Below, piece after piece: positions 26,426 to 35,895 of a stretch of 64,000 nucleotides of DNA (the stretch's first letter is position 1; the number at the start of each line of letters is the position of its first letter). Under the pieces are notes generated by a model, which saw only the letters and a program-made list of their open reading frames with translations, made no database searches and was not told the DNA's origin. Origin of the DNA: a virus; the IMG/VR virus record IMGVR_UViG_3300049855_000609, positions 1 to 64,000 of that record; one strand, given 5' to 3'. A program made the translations under genes and the position numbers.

Positions 26426-27050
26426 CCGGCTTAGCAGGAGGCATATCTTCAACAAGCTGAGAACAGTGAGAGGGAGGCTGCTTGCCCAGCAGGTGAAAAA
26501 GAATCAGATGCTGTCCCAGTGGACCTATCAGACTATTCCTTGTATAGAGATGAAAGAAGTTCCTGTTATCCTGTGCCCCTGTGTCCCCCCTGTAGGATGT
26601 ACCACGCTGAGAAGCAAGCATAAGATACCACCTGTGATCTCCGGGGATGATGCCCACCAGTTCCAGTCTGTGACCACCCTGGACGGAGGCAAGAAGCTGG
26701 ATGAGGTCAAATGGCACACCAGTAAATATGGAAAAGGAGCCAAGTACACCTCCGGGTTCCTAAGCTACTACATATATGATGGCTACATGTTTGTGACCAC
26801 CAAAAAGAAACCGGCTATCCTGACAGCAACAGCCCTGTTTGAAGATATAGAAGCCGCTTACAAATATCCTTCCTGCTGTGATGATGGCCGGGAATGCATG
26901 AATATCCTGGATCAGCCTTTTCCCCTGGAAGGAGAGTTGTTTGAAGCTGCCATAGAGCTGTCAGCACAGGAGCTGATAGACTGGTTCAACAAGAACAGGG
27001 AAGATAAGACCAATGATTCCTCAGACAACCCATCCAATGAGTCAAAGTAA
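26355..27050 (+). CDS. Tail ring protein
   Basis: QTIPCIEM, LRSKHKIP, YYIYDGY.F, ALFED, FPLEGEL: crAss ring/structural pattern. ATG 26355 preferred over TTG 26349. Confidence 0.65.
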   Translation: MNTIREAIQRVQSLYSKGVQSRSSRLSRRHIFNKLRTVRGRLLAQQVKKNQMLSQWTYQTIPCIEMKEVPVILCPCVPPVGCTTLRSKHKIPPVISGDDAHQFQSVTTLDGGKKLDEVKWHTSKYGKGAKYTSGFLSYYIYDGYMFVTTKKKPAILTATALFEDIEAAYKYPSCCDDGRECMNILDQPFPLEGELFEAAIELSAQELIDWFNKNREDKTNDSSDNPSNESK

Positions 27051-27516
27051 AAGGACACATAAGAACCTGAGTGATGCTTTTGCCAGCTACAAAAAGACTG
27101 CAGAGAAGCCTTTGCAGGATGTGAAAGTGTACCTGGACATCGTCTATGGGTACCTGAAGCTGTTGATGATAAAGATCATAGAAGGGGAGGATGTCAGGTT
27201 GCCGTCCAGGACAGGGGCTTTGAAGATCCGCGGTAACAGGCAGAAAATAAGTTTTGAAGGGGACCAGGTAAAGGGACTCTCTCCGGACTGGCAAAAAACC
27301 AAGGAGCTGTGGTCTACCTGTGAGGAGTGTCGGGAAAAGAAGCAGATGGTCTACCATCTCAATGAGCACACAGGAGGGATCCGGTATAAACTGCTGTGGT
27401 CAAAACATGGTATGCTGGTAGAAAATAAAAACTTATATTCGTTTCAGCTGGCGAGGACCAATAAAAGGATGATCAGCTCAGCTGTGAAAGGAGGAAAAGA
27501 ATATTACTCAAACTAA
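27037..27516 (+). CDS. IHF/HU-like protein
   Basis: IIEGEDVRLPSRTG.L.I...PDWQKTKELW...YHLNEHT.G.RYK..W, the crAss IHF family. Confidence 0.75.
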   Translation: MSQSKRTHKNLSDAFASYKKTAEKPLQDVKVYLDIVYGYLKLLMIKIIEGEDVRLPSRTGALKIRGNRQKISFEGDQVKGLSPDWQKTKELWSTCEECREKKQMVYHLNEHTGGIRYKLLWSKHGMLVENKNLYSFQLARTNKRMISSAVKGGKEYYSN

Positions 27517-27526
27517 AAATAAAGCC

Positions 27527-27802
27527 ATGAGTGCAAACAAGCTTACCAAAGTGTCCAAAGACCTGAAACAGCTTCCTTCCGGGGCAAAGGTTCTATCTAA
27601 GGAAACCAGTATCTGGGTAGAAGAAATTGAAAACGGGTTTCTGATCACCAAAAGCACAGAGATCAAACATGAAAGACCCTCAACGGATAAGAACTCCAGC
27701 CCATATACTGACTGGACCACTATCACCAAGAAGTGGTTTTCCAAAGAAGACCCTTTCATAGACATGGATGATGTACCCCTGGCCGAATCATTTAAAGAAT
27801 AA
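27527..27802 (+). CDS. Hypothetical protein
   Basis: ORF with VEEIENGFLI motif. Confidence 0.6.
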   Translation: MSANKLTKVSKDLKQLPSGAKVLSKETSIWVEEIENGFLITKSTEIKHERPSTDKNSSPYTDWTTITKKWFSKEDPFIDMDDVPLAESFKE

Positions 27803-27805
27803 AAT

Positions 27806-28789
27806 ATGCAAAACATTCCTTATACTTCCATAGACCGGATATTCAACAAGTTTGACCGGGATATAGGCATGTCCTTCAATGAAGGGGATGCTATTGAATG
27901 GACAGCAGAGGCCCTGGAAGCCATTGGCGCCGTCAGGCAGTATGAGGAAGCCATAGCTTTCATCGAAGTACGGAACCATCAGTGCACTTTACCCTCCGGG
28001 TTTCATGCCATCATCCAGATAGCCAGGAACAACTGCTTTTCTGAAGAGGAAAACCTGGGGATCTGCGCGGCAGATATTGTGGCAGATGAGCAGGAACAAA
28101 CCCCTCCAGGGGAAGAGCCAGCCTCAGTACCTATAGCTATAGACTGTGATGGGCAACCCATTGAAGGATATGAGCTGGTCTATTACCGGCCTTACTTCGA
28201 CACCATATATGAGTTTGGTGGCTGGATAGGGTCTCCCAGGTACAGGACCTGCTTTGTTCCTGTAAGGCTGGCAGATCACTCTTTTTTCAACTCCATAGTC
28301 TGTGCTGAAAGAGATGACTCCCTGTATGATCCTGATACCTGTACGGATGAGTATACCATTATTGCCGGCAGTACCCTGAGGTTCAGCTTTGAGAAGGGAC
28401 AGATAGCCCTTTCTTACCTGAGACAGGTGCTGGATCCTGAAACCGGATATCCTATGGTTCCTGACCACTACAGCTATACTACTGCCCTGACCTCTTATTT
28501 GATCTACAAGATGATGCTCCGGGAATTCTATGCCGGCAGGGAAGGCAGCAGTACCCGGCTGCAAAAGGCTGAAGCTGACTGGCATTGGTACTGTAAACAG
28601 GCCGGCAACTACTCTAAGATGATCCGGGGAATAGATGAGCATCAGAACTTCCTGGAACAGAGGAGCTACCTGATACCTCACCAAAATCGATACTACGGCT
28701 TCTTTGGGAAGCTTTCCAGGCCGGAGAGCAGGAGATTCAATGATCCAAATAATACTACCCAGCACAGCTCTTACTTCAGAGGATTATGA
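27806..28789 (+). CDS. Tail tubular / ring protein (P22 gp4-like)
   Basis: IEWTAEALE.IG, V.NHQ..LP, FSFEKG.I.LSY....D..GYP.VPD, W.WYCKQA; directly before the muzzle gene. Confidence 0.8.
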   Translation: MQNIPYTSIDRIFNKFDRDIGMSFNEGDAIEWTAEALEAIGAVRQYEEAIAFIEVRNHQCTLPSGFHAIIQIARNNCFSEEENLGICAADIVADEQEQTPPGEEPASVPIAIDCDGQPIEGYELVYYRPYFDTIYEFGGWIGSPRYRTCFVPVRLADHSFFNSIVCAERDDSLYDPDTCTDEYTIIAGSTLRFSFEKGQIALSYLRQVLDPETGYPMVPDHYSYTTALTSYLIYKMMLREFYAGREGSSTRLQKAEADWHWYCKQAGNYSKMIRGIDEHQNFLEQRSYLIPHQNRYYGFFGKLSRPESRRFNDPNNTTQHSSYFRGL

Positions 28790-31700
28790 TAGACAAGAAC
28801 ACCGATATAAATAAACCCCTCATAGGTCTTTCCACAGACACACATCCTGGGGAACAGCCTAAGCATACATACAGGTATGCCCTGAATGCTGTGGACCAGG
28901 CAGAAAATGGAAACAGCCGGGATCTGTCCAATGAGAACGGTTTTGATCTGTGTGGAACTATTACCTCCGGGTACTACCCTATAGGAAAGGTGTACATGAA
29001 TGATGATACCCTGGTGATCTTCTCTGCCAATCCTACTATTGATGGCTCTGAGATAGGGATACTGGATAAGAATTGCAACTATACTGCTGTGGTCAATACC
29101 CGTTACCGGGAAGTAGTGGTTGATGAAGTGACCACAGTGCTGGAAACCAACTGCCTGAACTTCAGCATAGAGTATCAGATAGATGTGCAATACCGGCTCC
29201 GCAGAGGTTGTGAACATACTGTGTATTTTGCCAATGGTAAACATAACCCGGTGAGGTATTTCAACTTTTCCCGGCTTTCAGATTTTCAAACTGAAGACTA
29301 TAATACCTGGGTAGCCGGTGGCTCCATAGGAGCTGCTCCGGATCAGAGATGGGACTGTGCTAAGTTCAGGCTATATCCGGAATACAGCATTCCTTCCATG
29401 GACTCCGTAGAGCAGATCACCGGAGGTGCTATTCCCAGCTGTACTTTAAACTTCAGTATTCGTTACCTGGATGCTGACTTCAATCCTACTCCCTGGATAT
29501 ACTCCTCTATGCTGGTAGACGTTTACCGCGATAATCAGAACTCCGGATTTGAAAATATATTGGGATCTTCCAACCTGGCTGCAGATGAGCTGGCAGGAAG
29601 CCCTCCTACCAATAAAGCAGTAAAGTTGTTTTTAAGTGATCTGGATACCCGGTATCCGTATTACCAGATAGCCGTAGCTGTAGCCAAAGACTCCAATGGC
29701 CTGGTCAGCAAGGTTTATCAGAGCCCTTATCAGAACATAGACCGTGAGGAATTTGTCTTTGATGGTTTGCTGGAAGGATATTCAGAGATACCACGCGAGG
29801 ATCTTCTGGTAAAAAGGATAGACTACGATTTTGCAGATCATATTGAGCAGATGGAAAACAGGCTGTTACTACTGTCCATGTATGGCCGGCAGGTGAATTG
29901 GTGTTCTTTTCAGCAGTATGCCTCTAAGATAGCCACCAAGTACATCATTGAAACGGTGCCTTCCCGGGATCAGTTTTCTGCAGGAAACCCTAAATGTCCG
30001 GACACCTATTTTGTAAAAGAAGGGTATATGGGAGATGAGGTATATGCCATGGGCATAGTTTATGTTTTCCGGGATGGTTTTGAGTCTCCGGCTTTCCATA
30101 TTCCTGGCAGGCCCCTGAATAAATACCCGATCCTTGTAGATAATGATGTGACCTGTGAAGATCTTCCTGATGATGATGAGGAAGAATTATTGTGGTCAGA
30201 AGACCTGATACCCTGGTTTGAGGATGAGACGGCCTATAATAATGATGGCCCTATTCCTTTTTGGAAAGTATTTGACAGCTCTTACAGGACAAGTGGCAGT
30301 GCCTCCGGTGATGCCACCGGTGCCATGCAGTACCATGAGAATGAGAATTTTGTATATCCTCCAAGAACAGATTGTGAAGGCAGTGACTTCTGGGGTGTAG
30401 ACTTCTGTGGAAATCCCCTGGCCGGAGAAAAGGTCAGGCATCATAAGTTTCCTTCCCGGGCCAAGGAACCTCATATATCCGGTACCACGACCACTACCAG
30501 TGACATGGGAGTGTTTATCAACATCGCGTTGAAAGAAGATGTAGCCTGGGGAGATGTGGGAGCTGCTTCCGTAGTGTGGACAGTGAACTTTGAACAGCCT
30601 ATAGGAGTACCTCAGTCCATAGACATTACCATATTCGAAAATGGTGCTGCCCTTCCTGGAACAGCTGTACCTCCTGATAAGGAAAGCAATGAGCCTGTCA
30701 ATGAGCTGATGATATACAGCTTCACCGGAGATCTTTTGGATATACAACTGGATGCCAGCACCGGGGATCTGATAAGTACCTACTCTCAATATTTTGATTT
30801 TTACATAGACATCCGGCCATTGAATGAAGCCCATACTGATAACATCAGCCTGAGACCTTTAGGCATACAGTTCATGGGAGTAGAATATCCTCATCCTGAT
30901 ATTGTAGGACATTACTTTGTCCGGGCAGAGAGAACAGAGGGACAGAGAACTATACTTGACAAAGGCATCTTTGGAAGGCTCCGGGAAGAGGCTACAGCTT
31001 GTAGTGCCAACTACCATACCTTCAGCTATTTCACGAAAGGCAATGATGATGAAAGTAATGCCTATCTGTTCTCTCCCAAATTCATGTTCAATAAAGAGGT
31101 AGCTAAACCGGATTACATAAAGAATGAATGTAAGTTTGACATAGACCATATAAATCATTCCGGTAAGAATGTTGATGATCCTGACCATAAAAGGGCCTGG
31201 GGTAATGAAACGGACATGATCATAGAAGTCCGGGGACAGGTTTACAGTGGAGTAACGGCTTCAGATGACGGACATAACTATGCCGTAGACAAAATAGTAG
31301 TATTGGATGGCTTGTCCAATGATGAGGTTATCATTCCCGGGGATGAGGTATATAATTTGAGCTGGACACAGAGAATGCAAATGCTTAAAATGATGACCGG
31401 TGTCACTGTACCTTACAACAGTGATGATATTTATTATGCTTCCTTAAAGGTAAACAGAGATGTCTACGGTGTACTGGATAATATCAAATACTACCGGATA
31501 CATAACTCTCTCTTTAAAAGGGATGAAGGAACAGATATACCGGAGCAGATTGCTCCTGTAGTGTATGGGGGAGATACCTTTATCTCTGAACTTGATCTTT
31601 CTAACTCTTTGTGGAGAAATCAGAAGAAGGGAATAGGAATGAAGATCTGGCTGATCATAGGTTCTGTGGTATTAGCTGTAGCTTCTGTATTTACCGGTGG

Positions 31701-33651
31701 AGCTGTAGTAGGATTAGTAGGTCCTATTTTAGCCGCGGTAATATCTACCACAGCCTTAACTGCTCTTGCTGCCAGTGCAGCTACCATAATAGCTGCAACA
31801 GTAGAATTGGTACTAAAGAAGTATGATGAGAATTGCCTGGATGAAATGGTGACAGACACTGATCTGGCAAGCATACACAATCTTCGAAAATGGAATGGTT
31901 ATATAAACTTTGCCAATGAGTACCTGAAAGGTATCTATGTTGAAAATGAGATCAATATAGCCCTTCGGCAGGAACAGGGATATGAGTGTGGACAATTCTA
32001 TAAAGGCGGGTTATTAAAAGCTACTACTTTTTTCCGTGATCGGTGGTTATATGACAGGGATCACAACGGAGAGTACAGGAAAAGAGGGGTCCCTTGTCCG
32101 GAAGTATATCAGTATAACAAGGACTTTTCCCGGATGAACAAGGAGTCTGAATACTATGCCCTTCCGCAGACCTATGATTGCTGTTCAGAATGCCTGGAGG
32201 AACATCCTCACAGGGCCATGTACTCGGAGCAGTCTTTTCAGGAAGAGCTGATAGACAACTACAAGATCTTCAAACCCATGAACTACCGGGATATAGAAGG
32301 GGAGCATGGTAAGATCACCGGGGTATTCAGAATGGGAGAGAAGCTGATGATACTCACAGAAGAGATGCTCTGGGAGATGGTGGCCTCTTTCCAGGAAAAG
32401 GTCATTGGAAGCATAGTATCCTATGTGGGAACCGGGGATTTCTTCTCCATTCCTCCACGCAAGATGATCGATGACAAGCTCGGCGCCATAGGCACACAGC
32501 ATAAATGGGGAGTGATAAAGACCCGGCATGGTACCCTGATCCCTTCAGAAAGGGAGAGTAAGATGATCCTGCTTTCAGATACCCTGCATGATCTGGGAAG
32601 GGAGGGGGAAATAGTAAACGATCTGGAGCTATTGTTGCATGATTACCTGTCCAATCAGATGCTGACACTGGTAGGTATTCCATTCCCTTTTACCAACAAC
32701 CCGGCTAACCCTTATGGAGTAGGTATACATTCAGCTTATGATGTAAGGCACAACAGGCTCATTATCACTAAAAAGGATTACCTGATCATTGAAGACAATT
32801 ACTCCCAGGAACCTCTGGAAGGATCTATGACCTGGCTTCCGCTGGGCCATCCTTATGGGGTTCTCTTCCCGGAAGGAAATGTCTTCATTACAGTAGCCAA
32901 TAGCCAGGTTCTGACAGTGGCCCTGGGAGATCCTGACTTCTTTGAGAATAAGAGCTGGACCATGAGCTACTCTTTCAACACCAACCGGTGGAGGAGCTAC
33001 CACAGCTATATCCCGAACTTCTATGCTTTTACTCCCAATAACCTGTATTCTTTCATAGACAGCAATGTATGGAAGCATAATATTCCGGGTATCTACCAGA
33101 CTTACTATGGTGTTACTTATCCATATATCATAGAGCCGGTGCTTACTCTTTCTGGTGTACAGACTGCATTCTGGGAAGACCTGTCCATGCAGACCCTGGC
33201 ATTTAAGATCTTGGACAACAACCATCCTGTAGAGCAGAGGTTTGTGACCTTCAACAAGATCATAGCCTATAACTCCCGGCAGTCAACAGGACTGAAAACC
33301 ATTACTCCCAAAGACAATGAGACCGCGGCAGACTTCCTGGAAAACCAGATTCTGGACCGGCAAGGGGATATGCTGGCAGAGAGAAGGGAGAGGGATTGGA
33401 GCATCAATGACCTCCGGGACCATGTGATCGATTATGATCTACCTCTGTTTTTGAAGAGCTGGGATGACATCAAGGCCCAGTTTCCTATAGATAAGGTACC
33501 CAATGCCTTGTCAACAGATGTGGATAAGGAGTGGTATGAGCTGGAGATCCTGAGAGATAAATTCCTGACAGTCCGTTTTATTTTTGATAATTTTAATGAT
33601 GTTCAGTTACTTGTGAAATATATTACCTCAGAGCCTCAAATATCAGAGTGA
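28786..33651 (+). CDS. Tail stabilisation / muzzle protein (P22 gp10-like)
   Basis: GLSTD.....QP..TYRYALNAV, NENG, GYM.DEVYAMGIVYVF.DG.ESPAFHIPGR, VRHHKFP, SWTMSYS....W.SYHSYIP. Confidence 0.85.
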   Translation: MIDKNTDINKPLIGLSTDTHPGEQPKHTYRYALNAVDQAENGNSRDLSNENGFDLCGTITSGYYPIGKVYMNDDTLVIFSANPTIDGSEIGILDKNCNYTAVVNTRYREVVVDEVTTVLETNCLNFSIEYQIDVQYRLRRGCEHTVYFANGKHNPVRYFNFSRLSDFQTEDYNTWVAGGSIGAAPDQRWDCAKFRLYPEYSIPSMDSVEQITGGAIPSCTLNFSIRYLDADFNPTPWIYSSMLVDVYRDNQNSGFENILGSSNLAADELAGSPPTNKAVKLFLSDLDTRYPYYQIAVAVAKDSNGLVSKVYQSPYQNIDREEFVFDGLLEGYSEIPREDLLVKRIDYDFADHIEQMENRLLLLSMYGRQVNWCSFQQYASKIATKYIIETVPSRDQFSAGNPKCPDTYFVKEGYMGDEVYAMGIVYVFRDGFESPAFHIPGRPLNKYPILVDNDVTCEDLPDDDEEELLWSEDLIPWFEDETAYNNDGPIPFWKVFDSSYRTSGSASGDATGAMQYHENENFVYPPRTDCEGSDFWGVDFCGNPLAGEKVRHHKFPSRAKEPHISGTTTTTSDMGVFINIALKEDVAWGDVGAASVVWTVNFEQPIGVPQSIDITIFENGAALPGTAVPPDKESNEPVNELMIYSFTGDLLDIQLDASTGDLISTYSQYFDFYIDIRPLNEAHTDNISLRPLGIQFMGVEYPHPDIVGHYFVRAERTEGQRTILDKGIFGRLREEATACSANYHTFSYFTKGNDDESNAYLFSPKFMFNKEVAKPDYIKNECKFDIDHINHSGKNVDDPDHKRAWGNETDMIIEVRGQVYSGVTASDDGHNYAVDKIVVLDGLSNDEVIIPGDEVYNLSWTQRMQMLKMMTGVTVPYNSDDIYYASLKVNRDVYGVLDNIKYYRIHNSLFKRDEGTDIPEQIAPVVYGGDTFISELDLSNSLWRNQKKGIGMKIWLIIGSVVLAVASVFTGGAVVGLVGPILAAVISTTALTALAASAATIIAATVELVLKKYDENCLDEMVTDTDLASIHNLRKWNGYINFANEYLKGIYVENEINIALRQEQGYECGQFYKGGLLKATTFFRDRWLYDRDHNGEYRKRGVPCPEVYQYNKDFSRMNKESEYYALPQTYDCCSECLEEHPHRAMYSEQSFQEELIDNYKIFKPMNYRDIEGEHGKITGVFRMGEKLMILTEEMLWEMVASFQEKVIGSIVSYVGTGDFFSIPPRKMIDDKLGAIGTQHKWGVIKTRHGTLIPSERESKMILLSDTLHDLGREGEIVNDLELLLHDYLSNQMLTLVGIPFPFTNNPANPYGVGIHSAYDVRHNRLIITKKDYLIIEDNYSQEPLEGSMTWLPLGHPYGVLFPEGNVFITVANSQVLTVALGDPDFFENKSWTMSYSFNTNRWRSYHSYIPNFYAFTPNNLYSFIDSNVWKHNIPGIYQTYYGVTYPYIIEPVLTLSGVQTAFWEDLSMQTLAFKILDNNHPVEQRFVTFNKIIAYNSRQSTGLKTITPKDNETAADFLENQILDRQGDMLAERRERDWSINDLRDHVIDYDLPLFLKSWDDIKAQFPIDKVPNALSTDVDKEWYELEILRDKFLTVRFIFDNFNDVQLLVKYITSEPQISE

Positions 33652-35885
33652 TGGCAAAAATACTTAAAAACCAAATAAAAATAACCTCTCCAAATTTGTC
33701 TCCTCAGCAACAAGCAGAAGTGGGCAGAGAAATGCAGGCATATTCAGAACTGGATGAGATCCTGAGACCTTATGCAGATCAATTTGACCAGGCAGATATT
33801 GCTTACAAAAAAGGAATGAGTGTGGCTGATAAAGAGTATTATTTGGATAAAGATGCTTTGACTTTAAGTGCTGGTAAATTGAGGGGGGCTAAGGTACCAA
33901 AGCAGATGATATTAGATGCTATTGCAGCTGCAGATGCTAATGGAGTTGATAGGGCTGATATGCTGGCTCTTTTAGCCCGGGAGTCTACTTTTACACAAAG
34001 AGATTTTGAAAACGAAAAAGGAACTTACACTAAAGCCAGGGATTCCGTTTCAGGCTGGAATTTAGATGAAGCCTACAGACCTTATCAATTAACCCGTTTT
34101 TTAGCAGATAAAAAAGTACCTGGAGTAGCTTTTAAAAAATCTCCTCATGGCTATTTATATCATTTGGAAGAACCTATTAAAGTACTGGAATATTTAAAAG
34201 CTAATCCTAATTTGCTTTCTCAGTATGGAGAAAAAATTAAAAGTTATTCTGGAATACCAAAAGGCTTTAGTTTTTATGATGCAGCAGCAAAACAGTTAAA
34301 AACTAAAGGGGTACAAAGTTATAATCCGGGAGACAAGAACTATGTCAATGATTTTAATGCAAGCCGGACAGAAATAGTGTCTGATCCTATTCTACAAGAG
34401 TATTTAAATAATAAACAAGACTGGCCTATAAAAAGAGAGAAAGGTGTTGTATCTCCCTGGAAAGCTAATTTTCAGCCTCCACAAAAAGGATTTGGAACAG
34501 GAGGAACAACAGGAAAAAGATCCATAGATCAGTTCCTTCTTTCAAAACAGGAAGCACAGCAGATACTCAGTGATCCGGAGATACAGGCCCTGGGAGTAAC
34601 TAAGATCAAACACTCTAAAAGATACCAGGGGGTTGTACCTATTCTCTCTCGCGGAAACATGCACTTAGTAGAGGTAGATGACGAAGAAGATATTCCACAA
34701 TATGGTTTTGGAGATTGGTTAGAAAAAACAACAGGTAAAGTAAAAACAGCTATAAAATCTGCTGCTAATACTATGGTAAAACCTGCAGAAGAAGCTAATA
34801 CAGCTCCAGAACCAAAAGTTAATTTTCATCCTTGGGGGGTAGTTCCTAAAAATCCTCAAAATGTAAACAGTTCTCCCAATGATACTGTCTATTTGGATAT
34901 GCGTACTGGTAGTCTTGAATATGAAAAGCAATTTGAAAAAGCAAAGAAAAATGGACAGTATCCGGATTACATAATCCAAAATATGCATTCTTCTCATACA
35001 CCAACAATTCCGGTAAAAAAGAATGGAATATGGGACTATATAGATGCAGGATTATCAGCTCCTCAAAGAGCTATGGTGTGGGCTTTAACCGGACAATATG
35101 AAGATCCTTCAGAAGCTTTAGGTATAGAAAACAAGTGGGCAAAATTAGCTGCAGATATTGTGTTAGATCCGCTGAACCTGTTAGGTGTTGGCTTTGCTAC
35201 AAAAACTTTGAAGGGGTTGAAAGGAGTAGATACAGCAAAAGACATAACAAAAGGGTTAGATACTGCCGGGGACCTTGGAAAAGGAGTAGGAGGATTTACT
35301 GATTTTAGTAAGTACATGAAGGGAGCTCAATTTGAAAAGTATTTAAAACCACAGGATTTTAATAAAATACCAGAGTTTAAAAACATACTGAAAGAGTCTA
35401 TACCTACTTATGAAAAAGTGATAAAACTGGATAAAGCAGGGGCTTCTGCAGCTTTGATTAATGATATTATAAAACAAGATCCTGGTGCCAGCGGAGATTA
35501 TTATTTCTGGAGAACTTTCAGACCACATTACTCTGATAGTAAAATTGATTCCGGAGAGCAAAAACAATCTGGAACTAATTTAAAATACACAAAAGAAATT
35601 TCAGTGAAAGAAGATCTGAATACAAATAAAAAGAAAGGCATAAAGCCTACACCCTTTGACCTGGAACCGGAAGCAGGAAGAATAGATTTGATATTAGGAA
35701 GAGCAAAAGTTCCTCCTTTAGGATACACTTTTAAAAGAACACCGAAAGGGTATGACAATGTCTATTTAAAAGGAAAGTTGGTTGGGTACTCTATAGATGG
35801 GAAAAACATGATTCCCGGAGAACCACCTGAGGATATTAAAGTGGATCCGAAGACAGGAAAAAAGCTGTATCTTGTAAAACATTAA
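33651..35885 (+). CDS. Ejected cargo protein with N-terminal lytic-transglycosylase-like domain
   Basis: AIAAADANGVD...LALLARESTF (SLT-type catalytic ES) and YNPG..NY; mosaic downstream modules. ATG 33651 overlaps the muzzle stop. Confidence 0.6.
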   Translation: MAKILKNQIKITSPNLSPQQQAEVGREMQAYSELDEILRPYADQFDQADIAYKKGMSVADKEYYLDKDALTLSAGKLRGAKVPKQMILDAIAAADANGVDRADMLALLARESTFTQRDFENEKGTYTKARDSVSGWNLDEAYRPYQLTRFLADKKVPGVAFKKSPHGYLYHLEEPIKVLEYLKANPNLLSQYGEKIKSYSGIPKGFSFYDAAAKQLKTKGVQSYNPGDKNYVNDFNASRTEIVSDPILQEYLNNKQDWPIKREKGVVSPWKANFQPPQKGFGTGGTTGKRSIDQFLLSKQEAQQILSDPEIQALGVTKIKHSKRYQGVVPILSRGNMHLVEVDDEEDIPQYGFGDWLEKTTGKVKTAIKSAANTMVKPAEEANTAPEPKVNFHPWGVVPKNPQNVNSSPNDTVYLDMRTGSLEYEKQFEKAKKNGQYPDYIIQNMHSSHTPTIPVKKNGIWDYIDAGLSAPQRAMVWALTGQYEDPSEALGIENKWAKLAADIVLDPLNLLGVGFATKTLKGLKGVDTAKDITKGLDTAGDLGKGVGGFTDFSKYMKGAQFEKYLKPQDFNKIPEFKNILKESIPTYEKVIKLDKAGASAALINDIIKQDPGASGDYYFWRTFRPHYSDSKIDSGEQKQSGTNLKYTKEISVKEDLNTNKKKGIKPTPFDLEPEAGRIDLILGRAKVPPLGYTFKRTPKGYDNVYLKGKLVGYSIDGKNMIPGEPPEDIKVDPKTGKKLYLVKH

Positions 35886-35895
35886 ACTCTGTAGT

